64,000 nt of DNA from NCBI GenBank assembly GCA_963665665.1, contig OY762428.1, forward strand, positions 1,376,001 to 1,440,000, read 5' to 3'. This DNA is from Candidatus Kapaibacterium sp. Lineage in GTDB: Bacteria; Bacteroidota; Ignavibacteria; Kapaibacteriales; UBA2268. This document shows, one piece after another, positions 61,271 to 64,000 of the stretch; position 1 is the stretch's first letter, and the number at the start of each line of letters is the position of its first letter. Position numbers and translations under genes: made by a program. The notes beneath the pieces were generated by a model. The model was not told where the DNA came from. It was given only the letters and a program-made list of their open reading frames with translations, and ran no database searches.

Positions 61271-61724
61271 TACAAATATACAGAACGAGGGTACGCAATG
61301 CTATAGCAGGAAACATGATTTGTTTGTAGTAATTTTACTACACAGGTGTAGAGCTAACATGACCCAATGCGTAACATGAGCGGAGAATTATTAAAAACAC
61401 AGCAAAAGACGCTGCGAATATAGTTCTATTGTATTAATTCCGTATTAATCAAATGTTAAAATTTCAGGTATTTAATATAATAGCTGAAATATATTTTTGT
61501 AATAACTAAAAATAACAGCTAAGAGAAATAATATTATGTTTGTTCTTACCTAATAATAAAATTATTACAGCCTTAATACCTTTTTTCCTTGAAAAAACCG
61601 CAATAATTACAATTCCCGATAAAACTTTTGCCATTGAAATAAGAAATTTTTGACATCAAGTCGTCCAATAAATAATAATTGCTGCCGTTTCTTGTCAGGT
61701 ATTTGAAAACTTTGAGAAAAAATT

Positions 61725-62345
61725 ATGCAGTTACCTGACTTCCTTCAGGAAAAATATACAGGATTAAAACCAGCTATTCAGAAAAGGCTTGCTGAATTTG
61801 CGACAGTTCCCGAAGAAGATTATTTTTATGAACTTTGCTTTTGTGTGTGTACTCCTCAGTCCAAAGCAAGAAGCGCCTATGCCGTGGAGCAAAAACTTCG
61901 GGCATCAGACTTCCAAAACAAGCCATACGACCCTACTCCTTTGCTCAGAGATCCCGAACATTATATCCGCTTCCATAATCAGAAAGCTGCACGCTTACTT
62001 TATGCAAGAGAATTTTTTCCTGTTATTAAGGAAAAACTTGATTCCGAAGAAACTCCTGAAGAAAAAAGATTATGGCTGGCAGATAATTTCAAAGGATTCG
62101 GGATGAAAGAATCTGCACATTACCTTAGGAATATCGGTTATCGGAATCTTGGTATCCTGGACAGGCATATTCTGAAGCATCTTGTTAGTTGCAGGGTTTT
62201 CGATGAAGTACCAAAAATTGGGAGCCGTAAAGCATACATGGAAACTGAAAAGAAGTATCTTGAATTTGCCAATAATGTAAAAATTCCTGTTGATGAACTT
62301 GACCTTCTTTTCTGGAGTTACGAGGCCGGAGAAATATTAAAATAA
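61725..62345 (+). CDS. ogg: 8-oxoguanine DNA glycosylase/AP lyase (OGG2-type)
   Basis: FYELCFC.CTP, IRFHNQKA, HhH KGFGMKESAHYLRNIG, ILDRHIL, LDLLFW, terminal EILK. Confidence 0.88.
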   Translation: MQLPDFLQEKYTGLKPAIQKRLAEFATVPEEDYFYELCFCVCTPQSKARSAYAVEQKLRASDFQNKPYDPTPLLRDPEHYIRFHNQKAARLLYAREFFPVIKEKLDSEETPEEKRLWLADNFKGFGMKESAHYLRNIGYRNLGILDRHILKHLVSCRVFDEVPKIGSRKAYMETEKKYLEFANNVKIPVDELDLLFWSYEAGEILK

Positions 62346-62475
62346 TACTGAATAAAAAAAAGTTCTTGAATTACAGGCTATTAAACCTTATTTTATTGCC
62401 GGATTAGGAGAAAATGAACGTTAGGAACTTGTACCTGCGCTTCTTACTCTGCTTTTATTTAATTCGGAGAAAGAA

Positions 62476-63624
62476 ATGGCTTGTAATTTTTTTAGTATAA
62501 TAAAAAAACTTGATAATCATTCGCCTTATTTTAAATCGGCAATATCAATATCTGAAATTTTTTTCGATTATGATTATGACTCCCAATTTCAACTTGCAGG
62601 GCTATTCTTCCCTGATTTTCTGAACGATAGAACCTGCAACGAAGAAATATCTTCAATTGCAGGTCAGGAAATAGCTGACCTGTGTGAACGCAGTATAATT
62701 GTTTTCAATAAAATCAGTGAGTCCGATCGTAGTTCAATCAGCACAAAAGAGTTCCCAATTGATGCTTTATTACTTATAAATGCACATTTGCTATCTGAAT
62801 TAAGAGAAATTTTCGAAAATTATATATCCATCGGCCGTGATGTATGGAAGGAATATAAAACCGGCAGCAAGGGTAAATTTGAACAGTTTCGTAAATTTGC
62901 CGATGTTCTTGAAAACAACAAAGATAGCAGGCTTGATATTCTAAGGGGGCCGTTCCAAAGGGAACTTGATGAATTCTATCTCAGGGTAAAAGATGATAAG
63001 TCGCGTCGCGGTGATTATATAGAGTGGGCGGACGTACTATCTATAATAAATTCCAACAAAAACAAAAATCCGTTGGCAATGGAAAAAATCGGGGAGAAAT
63101 TGTGGAATATTTTTGACGAGAAAGGCCTGACAAAATATGAGGATGAATTTGATAAAAAGAAAATTTTTCTGCGAATAATCACATTATTTGAAATTATCAG
63201 GGAATTTGAAAACCTCGCGGCTAATATCCTGATTACCGAGGCTGAAAACGATTACAGGTTGTACCTTTTAAATAATTTGAATATCGACTGTGAGTGCCTG
63301 CAAAGGATATCAGGAAATTATTATATTCAGTCCTCCGAATTGGAAACCCTGCTGAATTGTGCTATGAACAAAGAAAAAGACTGTATTGCTTCTGCCCTGA
63401 TCCAAAAATTCAACAAATACGAAATTTTTGAACTTCTCCTGTCCGGTTTTATCATCGATGATGATATTGAGGATGACGAAGAGCTGAGTGAAGAAGAAAT
63501 ACGTGAATTAACATTCGAGAATTGCTACAATCGTGTTCTTGCTGATGAAGACGGCCCCGGTGGCTACCGCGAAATGCGAATATTTGACTGGATAGGGAAT
63601 TCTTTTAAGTTAAAGGTATTATAG
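62476..63624 (+). CDS. Hypothetical protein with degenerate HD_4 (RelA/SpoT hydrolase-like) N-terminus
   Basis: PY...AGLFFPDFLND...EEIxxxxGxEIAxL...LSELREI...IGRDVW pattern; catalytic His residues absent. Confidence 0.5.
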   Translation: MACNFFSIIKKLDNHSPYFKSAISISEIFFDYDYDSQFQLAGLFFPDFLNDRTCNEEISSIAGQEIADLCERSIIVFNKISESDRSSISTKEFPIDALLLINAHLLSELREIFENYISIGRDVWKEYKTGSKGKFEQFRKFADVLENNKDSRLDILRGPFQRELDEFYLRVKDDKSRRGDYIEWADVLSIINSNKNKNPLAMEKIGEKLWNIFDEKGLTKYEDEFDKKKIFLRIITLFEIIREFENLAANILITEAENDYRLYLLNNLNIDCECLQRISGNYYIQSSELETLLNCAMNKEKDCIASALIQKFNKYEIFELLLSGFIIDDDIEDDEELSEEEIRELTFENCYNRVLADEDGPGGYREMRIFDWIGNSFKLKVL

Positions 63625-63719
63625 ATACTCGGAATAGAGTAAACTTTCTGGTAATATTTCTCTCTGAAAATTTAGCTATTTTTTTTATATTTATTTTTTT
63701 CAAAAACGGAGCTTAAGAA

Positions 63720-63995
63720 ATGGAACAGGAAAAAAAATATACTGCTAATCCAAATATTGTATTAAGAGTAGAATTTGATGACTGGGGAATATTATTTGAT
63801 CCTGATACCGGTAAAAGCAAAGGACTTTCTCCAACCGGGATTTTTATATGGCAAAAACTTGACGGCACAAGAACAAAAGATGAAATTCTGAAAGATCTTA
63901 ATGACGCATGCGAAGGCGGGATACCTGAAACAGCATCCGATGAATATGATGCTTTCATAGCCCAGCTACAGGAACTCGGGTATTTATCAGTATGA
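63720..63995 (+). CDS. scmD: PqqD-family RiPP recognition protein (SynChlorMet ScmD-like)
   Basis: ANPNIVLRVEFDDWGILFDPDTG...GIFIWQKLDG...FIAQLQELGYL; ATGA overlap with the next gene at 63992. Confidence 0.75.
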   Translation: MEQEKKYTANPNIVLRVEFDDWGILFDPDTGKSKGLSPTGIFIWQKLDGTRTKDEILKDLNDACEGGIPETASDEYDAFIAQLQELGYLSV

Positions 63996-64000
63996 AACCC

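Overview
AT-rich bacterial DNA. Many C-terminal T9SS type-A sorting domains and a TTG-N20-TAACTTTG promoter point to the FCB group (Kapabacteria/Ignavibacteria-like; inference). There are four parts. (1) 1-22.7 kb: a co-directional minus-strand locus with an FG-GAP T9SS gene, a 2618-aa SpvB/TcB/YD-like giant gene, and a tandem array of at least 6 BNR/YCF48-type propeller T9SS genes plus 3 Cys-rich T9SS genes. The array shows block-wise mosaic shuffling and a readable duplication junction. (2) 23-28.5 kb: a cluster of REP-like palindromes, a 14-blade RCC1 T9SS gene, a CNNM/hemolysin gene, recO and tRNA-Asn. (3) 28.5-54.65 kb: a 26-kb element integrated in tRNA-Asn, bounded by a perfect 90-bp att repeat. 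It carries a tyrosine integrase, arm-like repeats, an xis-like HTH and a primase-SF3 helicase, but no capsid or relaxase gene. Its cargo is lipoproteins, a repeat-flanked MORN-protease/HEPN-like cassette, and a type I R-M operon with nested nucleases including an RloC-like gene. It is followed by a 4.7-kb collapsed remnant of a related element at the same site. (4) 59.3-64 kb: a GT4 glycosyltransferase, a 1.1-kb ORF-free region with a candidate structured ncRNA, an OGG2-type glycosylase, a degenerate HD-domain protein and a PqqD/ScmD-like gene. Family calls come from motif recognition by eye; no database search was run.
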